Below are positions 26,250 through 34,996 of a stretch of DNA of 34,996 bases, one piece after another. The DNA comes from Arcobacter sp. (GTDB lineage Bacteria > Campylobacterota > Campylobacteria > Campylobacterales > Arcobacteraceae), in contig CBFIGT010000004.1 of NCBI GenBank assembly GCA_965662175.1, positions 15,287 through 50,282 of the forward strand. Reading direction: 5' to 3'. Numbering within the stretch: position 1 is the first letter of the stretch; each line of letters starts with the position of its first letter. The notes under the pieces are model-generated. The model was not told the DNA's origin and searched no databases. It saw only the letters and a list, made by a program, of their open reading frames with translations. A program made the position numbers and the translations under genes.

Positions 26250-27150
26250 TACAAACTTTAGTGAGAAAAAAGTAAATTATAAAAAACCTGAATGGTTAAG
26301 AAAAAAATTAACACCTAGTGCACAATTGGAGATGGAAGCTTTATTAAAAGATGTTGGAGGTTTACATACAATATGCCAAGAGGCAAAATGTCCAAATATA
26401 TCTGAGTGTTTTGCAAAGAAAAATGCTACATTTTTGATTTTAGGAAATATTTGTACAAGAAGATGTTCATACTGTAATGTAATGACAGGACTTCCAACTG
26501 AAGTTGATTTAAATGAGATTGACCAAGTTACAACATCTGTAATACATCTTGGACTAAAATTCGTAGTTATTACAAGTCCTGCAAGAGATGATTTACCTGA
26601 TGGTGGAGCTATGCAGTTTTATAGAGTAACAAAAGATATTTTAGAAAAAGCACCTGGAACTCAAGTTGAGATTTTGATACCTGATTTTAAAGCAAAAGAG
26701 GAATCACTTCAAACTGTTATAGATAGTGGAGCTGTTATTATAGGTCATAATATAGAAACAGTTCCTAGATTTTATAAGATTAGAAAAAATGCTTCATATG
26801 AAAGAAGCTTAAAAGTTCTAAAAAGATTAAAAGAGTTAGGTGGAGATAAAATCAAAACAAAATCAGCTCTTATGGTAGGACTTGGTGAAACTGAAGAGGA
26901 GATGGTACAAGTATTTAAAGACCTTGTTGCTGTTGGTTGTAAGTTTTTAAGTATCGGGCAATATTTAGCACCATCGGGTGATTATGAAAAAGTTGTAGAG
27001 TATGTAAAACCTGAGCAGTTTGCTAGATATAAAGAGTTAGCTATGGATTTAGGTTTTGAGTTTGTACACTCAACACCATATGCTAGAAGTTCATACTTAG
27101 CACATGAGTATTTAGGTCATGAAAGTGCAAACAAAGATTTACTAAAATAA
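26233..27150 (+). CDS. lipA: Lipoyl synthase
   Basis: CQEAKCPNISEC (CX4CX5C), CTRRCSYC (radical SAM), RSSY. Confidence 0.96.
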   Translation: MTIATNTNFSEKKVNYKKPEWLRKKLTPSAQLEMEALLKDVGGLHTICQEAKCPNISECFAKKNATFLILGNICTRRCSYCNVMTGLPTEVDLNEIDQVTTSVIHLGLKFVVITSPARDDLPDGGAMQFYRVTKDILEKAPGTQVEILIPDFKAKEESLQTVIDSGAVIIGHNIETVPRFYKIRKNASYERSLKVLKRLKELGGDKIKTKSALMVGLGETEEEMVQVFKDLVAVGCKFLSIGQYLAPSGDYEKVVEYVKPEQFARYKELAMDLGFEFVHSTPYARSSYLAHEYLGHESANKDLLK

Positions 27151-27189
27151 TAAGATGATATAATCCTTTTTTTATAAAAAGGATTATTC

Positions 27190-28257
27190 ATAAACTTAAT
27201 TGAAGAAGATTATCAAAACATAAAAGATAAAGAGTTAGTAGAACTTTTTATCAACTCTAACACTAGTAAAAAATATATACTAGGAATAAATAAATTCACA
27301 AAATCAGTTCAAAAATATATTGAAGTTGATGGAATAATTGATGATTTTACAAGGGTACAAAGCTCAAGAAAAAAATTAATTTTAAAAATAGATGAAGTTC
27401 CAAAAGATGCTTTGATTTTATGTTGTGTTCAAGGAAGTCCTTTAGAGGTTAAAATAAAACTTGATGAGCTGGGATTTAAAAATATTAATTATCTAGCTTT
27501 TTATAAATATAGTGGATTTGACTTAGCAACACCACCTTTTATAGATGACTTCAAAGATGATTATAAAAATAACAAAGAGCAATACAAAAAAACTTATGAA
27601 TTATTAGCCGATAAAAAATCAAAAGAGATATTTACCAAAGTGATTAATTTCAAAATCTCCTTTGATTTTTATTTTATGGAGGGTTTTACAAATAATTTTG
27701 AAAATCAATATTTTGATGATGAGCTTATCCCAAAGATTAAAAATATAAGATTTGTAGATGGTGGAGCCTATGTTGGTGATACAATTCCAAATATCATAAA
27801 ATATTTTCCCGATTATGAAAAAATATACTGTATCGAGCCAAATAATTTACATATAAATATAGCAAAAAGAGATTTTGGAAATAATGAAAAAATAGAGTTT
27901 ATAAATTGTGGTTTAGGCAATAAAAAAGAGCAAATAGAAGAAAACACAAAAGAGCAAAATAACTGCAATCACAACTACCAAACAAACAATATAAACACAA
28001 TAGATAATATAATAAATGAAAAAATAGATTACATAAAACTAGATATCGAAGGCGCTGAACAAGATGCAATAAAAGGTGCAAAAAATACCATAAAAAAATA
28101 CCACCCAATCCTAGCAATTTGTATATATCATAAGGCAGAAGATTGGTATAAAGTCCCACAATTAGTCTTAGAAATAGAGCCAAACTATGATGTTTATTTA
28201 AGACATTATATGGAAGGAATATATGAGACTGTTATGTATTTTATACCGAAAAATTAA
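27190..28257 (+). CDS. FkbM-family methyltransferase, probable ATA start at 27190 (listed ORF starts at 27412)
   Basis: FVDGGAYVGD, IEPN, IKLDIEGAE, AICIYH; frame open from 27178; AAGGA 6 nt before the ATA. Confidence 0.8.
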   Translation: MNLIEEDYQNIKDKELVELFINSNTSKKYILGINKFTKSVQKYIEVDGIIDDFTRVQSSRKKLILKIDEVPKDALILCCVQGSPLEVKIKLDELGFKNINYLAFYKYSGFDLATPPFIDDFKDDYKNNKEQYKKTYELLADKKSKEIFTKVINFKISFDFYFMEGFTNNFENQYFDDELIPKIKNIRFVDGGAYVGDTIPNIIKYFPDYEKIYCIEPNNLHINIAKRDFGNNEKIEFINCGLGNKKEQIEENTKEQNNCNHNYQTNNINTIDNIINEKIDYIKLDIEGAEQDAIKGAKNTIKKYHPILAICIYHKAEDWYKVPQLVLEIEPNYDVYLRHYMEGIYETVMYFIPKN

Positions 28258-28286
28258 GGCACTTTTTTTAATATTTACATTTTATT

Positions 28287-29015
28287 TTAAGTATAAGGTT
28301 TAAATTCTTCGGTAGAAAAAGGCTCAAAGTTTTCAGCCCATTTTGTTGAAAATTTACATAATAATTTTAATTGTAATGGGGCATCATGATTTACCTTTTT
28401 AATAGTGATACTTACATTTTTATCTCCATTAAGTTCCATGAGTTTATAAAAATCTTTAACAAAAAATGATGGACAATATCCTAATAGTTCAACTGGATCA
28501 TCTTGTGTTCTTAGTGCTAGCGCAAATGGATCTACTTCATTTTGAACATCTTTCAAAATTAATAATTTATCATTATTATTTAACTTGGATAATCTTTTAA
28601 CATAATGTTCTGCGATATGACTGATTCCATGTGAAAAGAATAATACTTCATAGTCACCATTTTTATTTTTTTCAGGAATTGGAAATAATTGTAACTCGTC
28701 AGTTGCTCTAATTCCTCTACTTCTTGACAATTCAAGTAGTTCATTTTTATTTTCACCAATATCTAACCATTTAATATAGTCATTATATTCTGGTCTTGAT
28801 TTAGCTAGTAATCTATTTTTAAAAATAGGAAATAAACTTTCTGAACTATATGTGTTTTTTAACTCATTCATTTGACCAAAAGGTTGAAAATTTGTAATTT
28901 TTGCTCCATTAGTGTAATTAAAATAATACATGTCATTTTTATATTCTAAACAACCAATTGGAATCCATTGTCTACTTTCAGGGTTTTTCCATGCCAAAAT
29001 TAATTTAGTAATCAT
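28287..29015 (-). CDS. HipS/HipA-N-like + HIRAN domain protein (putative antitoxin or sensor)
   Basis: IGCLEY..YYFNY, LFPIFKNRL, SRPEY, GIRATD followed by HGISH...NEVDPFAL...LGYCP (HIRAN); ATGA-type overlap with the kinase. Confidence 0.75.
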   Translation of the reverse strand: MITKLILAWKNPESRQWIPIGCLEYKNDMYYFNYTNGAKITNFQPFGQMNELKNTYSSESLFPIFKNRLLAKSRPEYNDYIKWLDIGENKNELLELSRSRGIRATDELQLFPIPEKNKNGDYEVLFFSHGISHIAEHYVKRLSKLNNNDKLLILKDVQNEVDPFALALRTQDDPVELLGYCPSFFVKDFYKLMELNGDKNVSITIKKVNHDAPLQLKLLCKFSTKWAENFEPFSTEEFKPYT

Positions 29016-29959
29016 TTTAATAATGCCTCTTTTATTTCTAATAATCTTTTTTTATTTTCTTCTAAAATCTTTAATGCAAATTCTATAGATATATTGCTTA
29101 TTAAGTGTTCTGGAATTTTATCAAAAAAATTTCTTACTTTATTTATATCTAACTCTTCTAATTTATTTAACCAATATAATGCTATATCTTTATTAGAATC
29201 TGCACAAAGCCTAAATGCCTCTATAGTTTTTAAATTTTTATCTTTATTATCAAAAAATGGTGTTTTTGCCCTTGTAACAAAATGCTTAACCATTCGACCT
29301 GTATCTTTTGTTTTTAATCTTTCTGTTTTTTCTTCATCACTTTCTCTACACCCAAGACCAGATGCATGGTCATATGTAGGAGATAAAAAAAATTCTTTAG
29401 ATGGTGAAATTATCCAGCTCCAGTTTTCATGATGCCTATCTTGATTAGATATCAAACAATCAAGCATAATATACCCTATAAATACATCAATTGGCTTAGA
29501 CAGCTTATTCTTCTGATAATCAATAGGTAATTTTAAAAATTCAGCTTTCATGATTGTAAGTACAAGCTTTAATTTATATTCTCGTATTTTATAACTTTTG
29601 TTATCTTCATTCTTTTCTATTGGATAACTAATGTCTTTATCTAATAGTTTATATGTTTTAGCTAAAAGTTCATTTCCATGTATAAGTCTATGGTCTTTTG
29701 GAACAAAACTAGGCGTAATCGTACCTTCTTTTTCATTCCATATTGCAAATTCATATTTTGCATGAGGGATATTTAATAGGTTACATAGTTCTGCAACTAC
29801 AACTTCAACCCAATTTTCTCCAGTATTTGGTATTCCAATTTTAAATAACTTTTTAAAATTATCATTGTCATCATGAAACCAAAATTTACGTTTTGTTCCT
29901 AATGGTTCAATTGATTCATATTTATGTAAAGGAACTTCAATGATATGTAACTTTTTCAT
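29012..29959 (-). CDS. HipA-like Ser/Thr kinase
   Basis: LGTKRKFW, LFK, ENWVE, DCLISNQDRHHENW, LSPTYDHASGLG. Confidence 0.85.
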   Translation of the reverse strand: MKKLHIIEVPLHKYESIEPLGTKRKFWFHDDNDNFKKLFKIGIPNTGENWVEVVVAELCNLLNIPHAKYEFAIWNEKEGTITPSFVPKDHRLIHGNELLAKTYKLLDKDISYPIEKNEDNKSYKIREYKLKLVLTIMKAEFLKLPIDYQKNKLSKPIDVFIGYIMLDCLISNQDRHHENWSWIISPSKEFFLSPTYDHASGLGCRESDEEKTERLKTKDTGRMVKHFVTRAKTPFFDNKDKNLKTIEAFRLCADSNKDIALYWLNKLEELDINKVRNFFDKIPEHLISNISIEFALKILEENKKRLLEIKEALLK

Positions 29960-29975
29960 GTGGGATTTTATCTAA

Positions 29976-29996
29976 TATTGTCTTATATAGACAATA
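29976..29996. promoter_or_regulatory. Palindrome TATTGTCT-N5-AGACAATA (candidate operator) in the kinase promoter
   Basis: Perfect 8-bp inverted repeat overlapping a putative -35; TAAAAT -10 at 29965-29970 (minus strand). Confidence 0.5.
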
Positions 29997-30060
29997 AAAA
30001 TAAAGTTAAGAAATATACTTCATTGATGAAATGACTAAAGATAGAAAGTAAGTCCATTAT

Positions 30061-30129
30061 AAAAAATGACCCATTCTACCTATCCGAAGAAGCTTCCTTT
30101 GGAGTTTTATCAGTAGATGGGAACTTTTG
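30061..30129 (-). ncRNA. Putative small structured RNA upstream of the kinase operon
   Basis: Outer stem CCCAUCUAC/GUAGAAUGGG (30070-30121), inner hairpin UCCAAAGGA-AGC-UUCUUCGGA, U6 tail; promoter TAGATA-N17-TATAAT at 30136-30164. Confidence 0.55.
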
Positions 30130-30264
30130 TAAAGAATTATATCTAAAATGAAACGCATTATCTATAGATACTTGATTTTATTTATTAAAAAAATTTGATA
30201 TAAATATTTTTTTTGCTATTTTTTGGTAAAATAAAACTAATTTTATTATTTTAAGGTCTGTTTT

Positions 30265-31074
30265 ATGTCTATGTTTCAAAGTTCTGTATTAAAAAGTTTT
30301 TCACAAGATGAAGTCTTAGTTGATAATAAGAAAAAATGGGATAAGAACCTTTCTTTTTCTTTTTTAATTTTGTTTATCATATTGTTTAATGGTTGTTCAA
30401 ATACACCTAATATCCCTTCTGATTTTATAATTGATTATAAGCAAAAAGTAATAGAAGATTTTAAAAATGAAGTATATAAAAATTATACTATTAAGCAAGA
30501 AAAAACTGTATATGTAGGTAATGAAATTATAGAAAATAGTAATTTAAAAAGATATTATAAAGATGTATTTACTATTAAATATAAAGCTTCAATGGATTAT
30601 AAAAATATTCTAAAAAATAAAGTATATGAGGTTCAAGGGTATTCAAGAGAAGACAATAATGTAAATTACGTATTCATATTTTCAGAAAATGGCTATTTTA
30701 GGTATTTAAAGTTAGATAACAATGGAAACATAAAAAATACAAACCTTTATGACTCTTCTGGAAAAATTCTAATTTCAGATTATATTCAAAATTCTAATTT
30801 AAAGTTTGAATCAATAAAATTAAGAGATGAAGTTAAAAGTTACTCTAAATTTTTAGATGGTTCTTTTAAATATCAATTAATCTATAGTGGTAAAGATGGA
30901 AATAATATAAAAATTGCATATCGAGAATTTTCAAATGATATGGCAAGAGCCGCTTTTTATCAAAATCTTACATACAATCTAAACGAAAGTAAAGTTATTA
31001 GATATAAAAATATTAAGATTAAAGTAATAAAAGCAACAAATGAAGGTATTAAATACATAGTATTAGAAGATTAG
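30265..31074 (+). CDS. Hypothetical lipoprotein, probably with a foreign N-terminal extension
   Basis: Hydrophobic stretch plus lipobox FNGC lying ~45 aa from the ATG; C-terminal YQLIYSGK...YREF...ARAAF. Confidence 0.65.
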   Translation: MSMFQSSVLKSFSQDEVLVDNKKKWDKNLSFSFLILFIILFNGCSNTPNIPSDFIIDYKQKVIEDFKNEVYKNYTIKQEKTVYVGNEIIENSNLKRYYKDVFTIKYKASMDYKNILKNKVYEVQGYSREDNNVNYVFIFSENGYFRYLKLDNNGNIKNTNLYDSSGKILISDYIQNSNLKFESIKLRDEVKSYSKFLDGSFKYQLIYSGKDGNNIKIAYREFSNDMARAAFYQNLTYNLNESKVIRYKNIKIKVIKATNEGIKYIVLED

Positions 31075-31494
31075 TTTTTAAAATGCATAGTTAATAGTTT
31101 AACAAGAAAAAAAAGAGAAAAGTAAAAAGGAAATAAAGGTATCAGTCATATTCTTTTTCTGAAGTTATGTCTTTTTGAGATAATACAGCAGAAATAAAAT
31201 ATTTTTTCGACAAAGATATTGTCGAATTTAGAAATGAATTTCATACTTTAATACATAAAAAAGCATCTATAATAAATACTATAAATCAAAGTAAAAATGA
31301 ATTTGTGGAATAATCATCTAAAGTAAGTGATAAAATAGACTTTTTATATGAAAAAAACATGAAAAAATTTGATAAATACCTTAACTTTAAAAAAAATTTA
31401 TAATTTTACATTCTCACATTTTATTCAATAGTTAGTGTATATGAGTATTTCAAAAAGTTTATATAATTCTTGTATAAACTTCAAAGGTTAAAAA

Positions 31495-31920
31495 ATGCAA
31501 GAACTTATGATAAATGAAAGCAACATAAAAGAGAAAATCCATAATATAAGAAACCAACAAGTGATGTTAGATAGAGATTTAGCAGAACTTTATGGAGTTG
31601 AAACAAAAGTTTTTAATCAAGCAGTAAAAAGAAATATAAAAAGATTTCCGCAAAATTATAGATTTCAATTAAATAATAAAGAAAAAAATCAACTGGTCAC
31701 AAATTGTGACTGGTTAAACAGTTTGAAACACTCATCATCTCTACCTTATGTTTTTACTGAACAAGGTGTTTCTATGTTAAGTGCAATACTAAAAAGCGAT
31801 AAAGCCATTGATGTAAGTATAAAAATAATAGATTCTTTTGTATCTAAGAGAAAACAAATATCCCAAAATATTCCTATGTTTGAGATTGAAAGTTTTGATA
31901 TTTTGAAAAGATTGAAGTAA
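31495..31920 (+). CDS. ORF6N-domain DNA-binding protein, probably internally deleted
   Basis: QVMLDRDLAELYGVETK, AVKRNIKRFP, PYVFTEQGVSMLS; abrupt join to the C-terminal EIESFDILKRLK. Confidence 0.85.
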   Translation: MQELMINESNIKEKIHNIRNQQVMLDRDLAELYGVETKVFNQAVKRNIKRFPQNYRFQLNNKEKNQLVTNCDWLNSLKHSSSLPYVFTEQGVSMLSAILKSDKAIDVSIKIIDSFVSKRKQISQNIPMFEIESFDILKRLK

Positions 31921-31928
31921 AAGCTAAG

Positions 31929-32081
31929 TTAATCAAACCTTTTAAAATCATCATCTTCACTTCCATCTTTTTTTCTATTTTTAAATTTCCACATGGTAAT
32001 AAAATATTTAATAGAAGCAAAGCCTAAAATTAGTGTTATTATAAAAAGTCCAATATATACTAAAAGAATTGCTAGATCCAT
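31929..32081 (-). CDS. Small 50-aa single-pass membrane protein (below the ORF-track cutoff)
   Basis: MDLAILLVYIGLFIITLILGFASIKYFITMWKFKNRKKDGSEDDDFKRFD; AAGG RBS; TM followed by a basic then acidic tail. Confidence 0.65.
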   Translation of the reverse strand: MDLAILLVYIGLFIITLILGFASIKYFITMWKFKNRKKDGSEDDDFKRFD

Positions 32082-32185
32082 AAAAAAGCCTTTTTATTAG
32101 TATAACTTACTTTTTACTCCATGTAAACAAGCTAAAACTCAATAATTGTGATAATATTCCATTAAAATAAAAATGACGGAGAATT

Positions 32186-32677
32186 ATGGATTTCAATAAA
32201 TTAGAAGTATCAGTAAAAGAGAGTTTACACAAAGAGTTTAGTACTTACTCTAAAATCTTAGAGGGGGATAATTTTTTTCTAAAAACAGTTGAAGAGATTA
32301 GAGAACAAAAGTTAAACCCAATTTTAAATGAAACAGGAATATTTCATACAACTAAATGCAAAATAACATTAAGTAAGTCTATTTATAAAGAGACTTTATC
32401 TTTACTTTTTGATGCAATTAGAAGAGAAGAAAAAACAGGTGATTTACTAAATGGAGTATTACCAAAAGATTATAAAGCAACAATGAATATGCTTAGAACA
32501 CTAAAATCTACAACTGTTACTTTTCAATCAAAAGTAAGCGGTGAGAGCTTTAGTTTTAATATATTAGATACAAGTGTTGAGAAAAAGACAAAAGTTACTT
32601 TTGCTTTTAAAGCAATCTTTTTCTATCATTTAGATGAGTTGAAAAAAGTGTTATTTTATAAAAGTGATTCTAAATAA
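32186..32677 (+). CDS. Hypothetical protein
   Basis: 163-aa ORF, GGAG RBS; no recognised motif. Confidence 0.7.
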   Translation: MDFNKLEVSVKESLHKEFSTYSKILEGDNFFLKTVEEIREQKLNPILNETGIFHTTKCKITLSKSIYKETLSLLFDAIRREEKTGDLLNGVLPKDYKATMNMLRTLKSTTVTFQSKVSGESFSFNILDTSVEKKTKVTFAFKAIFFYHLDELKKVLFYKSDSK

Positions 32678-33455
32678 TCTTAAAAAAGTTAAATACTTTT
32701 CTTTGAATAACTATTAAAAGCAAAGAACTAAATAAGGCAACTATTGTTCCATATAAAATACCAATAGCGGGATAGGTAAAATATACTAAATATGAGTAAA
32801 CTACAACGCTTGTAAGTCCAAAGGGTGTATTTTTTATGATAGTTCTTGCTTGTAAATTACTATGATTAAAATGAATTATCAAAAGTAGTGGCAATAATAT
32901 AGTTGGGAATGATGAAAAAATACCAGCTATATTTGAGGGTACATATTTTGGTAGATTTGTAATCACTAAAAATATTGCTATTGTAAGAGTACTTCTTATA
33001 AGAATATCTATAAGGGTAACTTTTGATGTTTTTACCATCTTAAAATCCTCTTTTTTTGAAAAATATATAGCACTTATAATCAATAGGGTGAAGATTATTA
33101 GAGGAGTTAATATAATATGTGGTGGAATAAAAGATAAAATAAAAGCAATTATCAAATAAGAGATAAAAGATACAATCAAGCTAAATATAACTTGCAGTTT
33201 TCCACTATAAAAAGTACTAATATAATATCCAATAGAAAAAGCCAAAGCAGCAAAAAGTCCATGGATATTGTATAAAGCTGTTTGTTTAACATAATCAACT
33301 CCATACTCAATAGCAAAAAATAGAAGTGTAATAGAGCTTCCAACAGGAAGTCCTGAAAGCATACCTGAAACTTTTGGACTCACTTTTTCTGCAATTGCGG
33401 TTAATGATAAAACTAAACTTACAACGGCAATTGCTTTGATGATTAATAATTCCAT
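32670..33455 (-). CDS. Polytopic membrane protein with an internal duplication
   Basis: About 8 TM segments; related halves SGMLSGLP / AGIFSSFP. Confidence 0.75.
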   Translation of the reverse strand: MELLIIKAIAVVSLVLSLTAIAEKVSPKVSGMLSGLPVGSSITLLFFAIEYGVDYVKQTALYNIHGLFAALAFSIGYYISTFYSGKLQVIFSLIVSFISYLIIAFILSFIPPHIILTPLIIFTLLIISAIYFSKKEDFKMVKTSKVTLIDILIRSTLTIAIFLVITNLPKYVPSNIAGIFSSFPTILLPLLLIIHFNHSNLQARTIIKNTPFGLTSVVVYSYLVYFTYPAIGILYGTIVALFSSLLLIVIQRKVFNFFKII

Positions 33456-33547
33456 TTTGACTCATATTTATAAATTAATAAAAATGCAATAATATCCATA
33501 AAAAGTAAAATAAATGTTTAGCTATACTTTCATCTAAAGGAAAAAAT

Positions 33548-33742
33548 ATGGCAGACCCAAAAAAAAGATTTGATGTGAAAATTGGTGCAAAAGTAAATAT
33601 AGTTTTAAAACAAGACCAAAGAAGTGGAAAACTAACTCAAGGAGTTGTTAAAAACTTACTTACAAACTCTCCCTCTCATCCCCATGGTATAAAAGTACGG
33701 CTTCAAGATGGACAAGTTGGACGTGTGCAAGAGATTTTATAA
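33548..33742 (+). CDS. YwbE (DUF2196) family protein
   Basis: IVLKQDQRSGKLTQG, HPHGIKVRL, GRVQ. Confidence 0.88.
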   Translation: MADPKKRFDVKIGAKVNIVLKQDQRSGKLTQGVVKNLLTNSPSHPHGIKVRLQDGQVGRVQEIL

Positions 33743-34189
33743 ATGAAGTTATATATTGATGGTGATGCTTTTCCAAATATGCTTAAGCCTATTGTTTTAA
33801 AAGCCATTGAAAAAAGAGCTATTGAGACTTTGGTTTTTGCAAATAAAAAGATAAATATAGGAAAATCAAATCATATTACTTATATTATAGTTGAGCTTGG
33901 AGCTGATGAGGCTGATAATAAAATAGTGGATGAGGTAAAAAAAGGCGATTTAGTAATCACAGCTGATATTCCTTTGGCTGATCGTGTTATAAAAAAAGAG
34001 GCTCATGCAATAGACCATAGAGGAACAGCATATACTGATGATAATATAAAAGAGTATTTGGCCTATAGAAACCTAATGGAAGAGTTAAGAAGTGCAGGTG
34101 AGATGACCAAAGGTCCAGCTCCTTTTAATCAAAAAGATGTACAAAAATTTGCAAACTCTTTTAATGCACATTTACAAAGTAATCAATAA
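33743..34189 (+). CDS. YaiI/YqxD (UPF0178) family protein
   Basis: YIDGDA, GADEAD, ITADIPLA, RSAG..TKGP. Confidence 0.9.
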   Translation: MKLYIDGDAFPNMLKPIVLKAIEKRAIETLVFANKKINIGKSNHITYIIVELGADEADNKIVDEVKKGDLVITADIPLADRVIKKEAHAIDHRGTAYTDDNIKEYLAYRNLMEELRSAGEMTKGPAPFNQKDVQKFANSFNAHLQSNQ

Positions 34190-34293
34190 TATCATAAGTA
34201 AAACTAATAATATTATTAATTACAATTTAAGAACTTTACTCTTATAATAAAATTCTAATCATAAGAATTAGTAATATTAAAAGAGGAAAAAAT

Positions 34294-34722
34294 ATGAAAA
34301 AAACGTTTTTTATTTTATTATCAACATTGTTGATAAGTACAGCTTCAATAGCTAGTGAAAATATGGCAAAAGGCTTAAATGTAATTGTTACATCAAAAGA
34401 TGCACAAACTCAAATGATGGCTATGGTTTTATCTATGATGACAATCCAAGATAATAAAAAAGTAAATATGGTACTTTGTTCAGATGCTGGAGATTTAGCT
34501 GTTAAAGGTATGGAAAGTCCTTTACTTAAACCTAAAGATAAATCACCAAAAATGATGTTAATGGCTTTAATCAAAAAGGGTGCAGATGTTAAAGTTTGTC
34601 CATTATATTTACCAAATGCTTCAAAAGATGCTTCAGTACTTTTAGATGGAATTACAGTTGCAAAACCAGCTGAAGTTGCTCAAAATCTACTAAATAAAGA
34701 TTATCAAAACTTAAGTTACTAA
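34294..34722 (+). CDS. Periplasmic DsrE-family protein
   Basis: Signal peptide; LCSDAG, VKVCPLYLPN. Confidence 0.7.
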   Translation: MKKTFFILLSTLLISTASIASENMAKGLNVIVTSKDAQTQMMAMVLSMMTIQDNKKVNMVLCSDAGDLAVKGMESPLLKPKDKSPKMMLMALIKKGADVKVCPLYLPNASKDASVLLDGITVAKPAEVAQNLLNKDYQNLSY

Positions 34723-34728
34723 TAAAAT

Positions 34729-34773
34729 AAAAAACTCTACAGCTAAAGAATTTTTATATCTGTAGAGTTTTTT
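34729..34773 (+). terminator. Probable intrinsic terminator
   Basis: aaaaaactctacag ... ctgtagagtttttt inverted repeat just after the stop codon. Confidence 0.65.
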
Positions 34774-34978
34774 AACAAATTATCTTACAATTTGTAATGT
34801 TTTATACTTTTAAAACTCCCCTATATTTAGGCGAATTTTAACATATTTACAAATTTTTTTTTAAAATTTATTAAAAAAGTTGGTAAAAAAGTGGAAACAT
34901 CGATTGTAGTAACTTAAAATTGTTTTGTATCTAAAACAAATTTTGGTCTCAAATTGGACCAAGTGAAAGGTACAACAC

Positions 34979-34996
34979 ATGTCAAAAAAAGAATTT
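34979..34996 (+). CDS. Start of a gene running off the window (MSKKEF...)
   Basis: ATG preceded by AAAGG RBS. Confidence 0.5.

Noticed and set aside
30010..30051. EIYFIDEMTKDRK* as the remnant of the toxin belonging to the 30061 RNA
   Set aside because: Too short to assign and preceded by an in-frame stop
31075..31400. Gene in the lipoprotein-ORF6N spacer, and the palindrome TTCGACAA-N5-TTGTCGAA (31206-31226)
   Set aside because: Only short interrupted frames, possibly a decayed gene; the palindrome is single and not tied to a promoter
1..34996. IS elements, integrases, prophage, tRNA or rRNA genes
   Set aside because: No transposase or integrase ORF, phage structural gene, cloverleaf or rRNA-like segment recognised

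Overview
A very AT-rich bacterial chromosomal segment, probably Campylobacterota/Arcobacteraceae (inferred from composition and gene content, not proven). The core backbone is sbcD-sbcC, ppiC, rlmF, a DUF808 gene, a Ni/Co ECF transporter operon, a PBP-PAS histidine kinase, the aceE-aceF-lpdA pyruvate dehydrogenase operon (E3 carries a lipoyl domain), a lipoate ligase/octanoyltransferase, lipA and a FkbM methyltransferase. Two accessory hotspots interrupt it. Hotspot 1 (~4400-9500) holds an intact and a 5'-truncated PemK/MazF-family toxin, an AbiF/Abi_2 HEPN protein, a divergent GIY-YIG-like protein, DUF805 and MORN-repeat genes and several gene remnants, segmented by a ~60-bp palindromic repeat with an 11-6-11 core. 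Hotspot 2 (~28260-32100) holds a HipA-like kinase + HipS-HIRAN pair, a chimeric lipoprotein and an internally deleted ORF6N gene. The strongest unannotated signal is four compact minus-strand units, each a near-consensus sigma70 promoter followed by a small structured RNA and each next to a toxin gene. The two PemK-linked units share a two-hairpin cUNCGg fold with a compensatory base change, suggesting a PemK/MazF system with an RNA antitoxin rather than a protein one. Family assignments come from motif recognition by eye; no searches were run.
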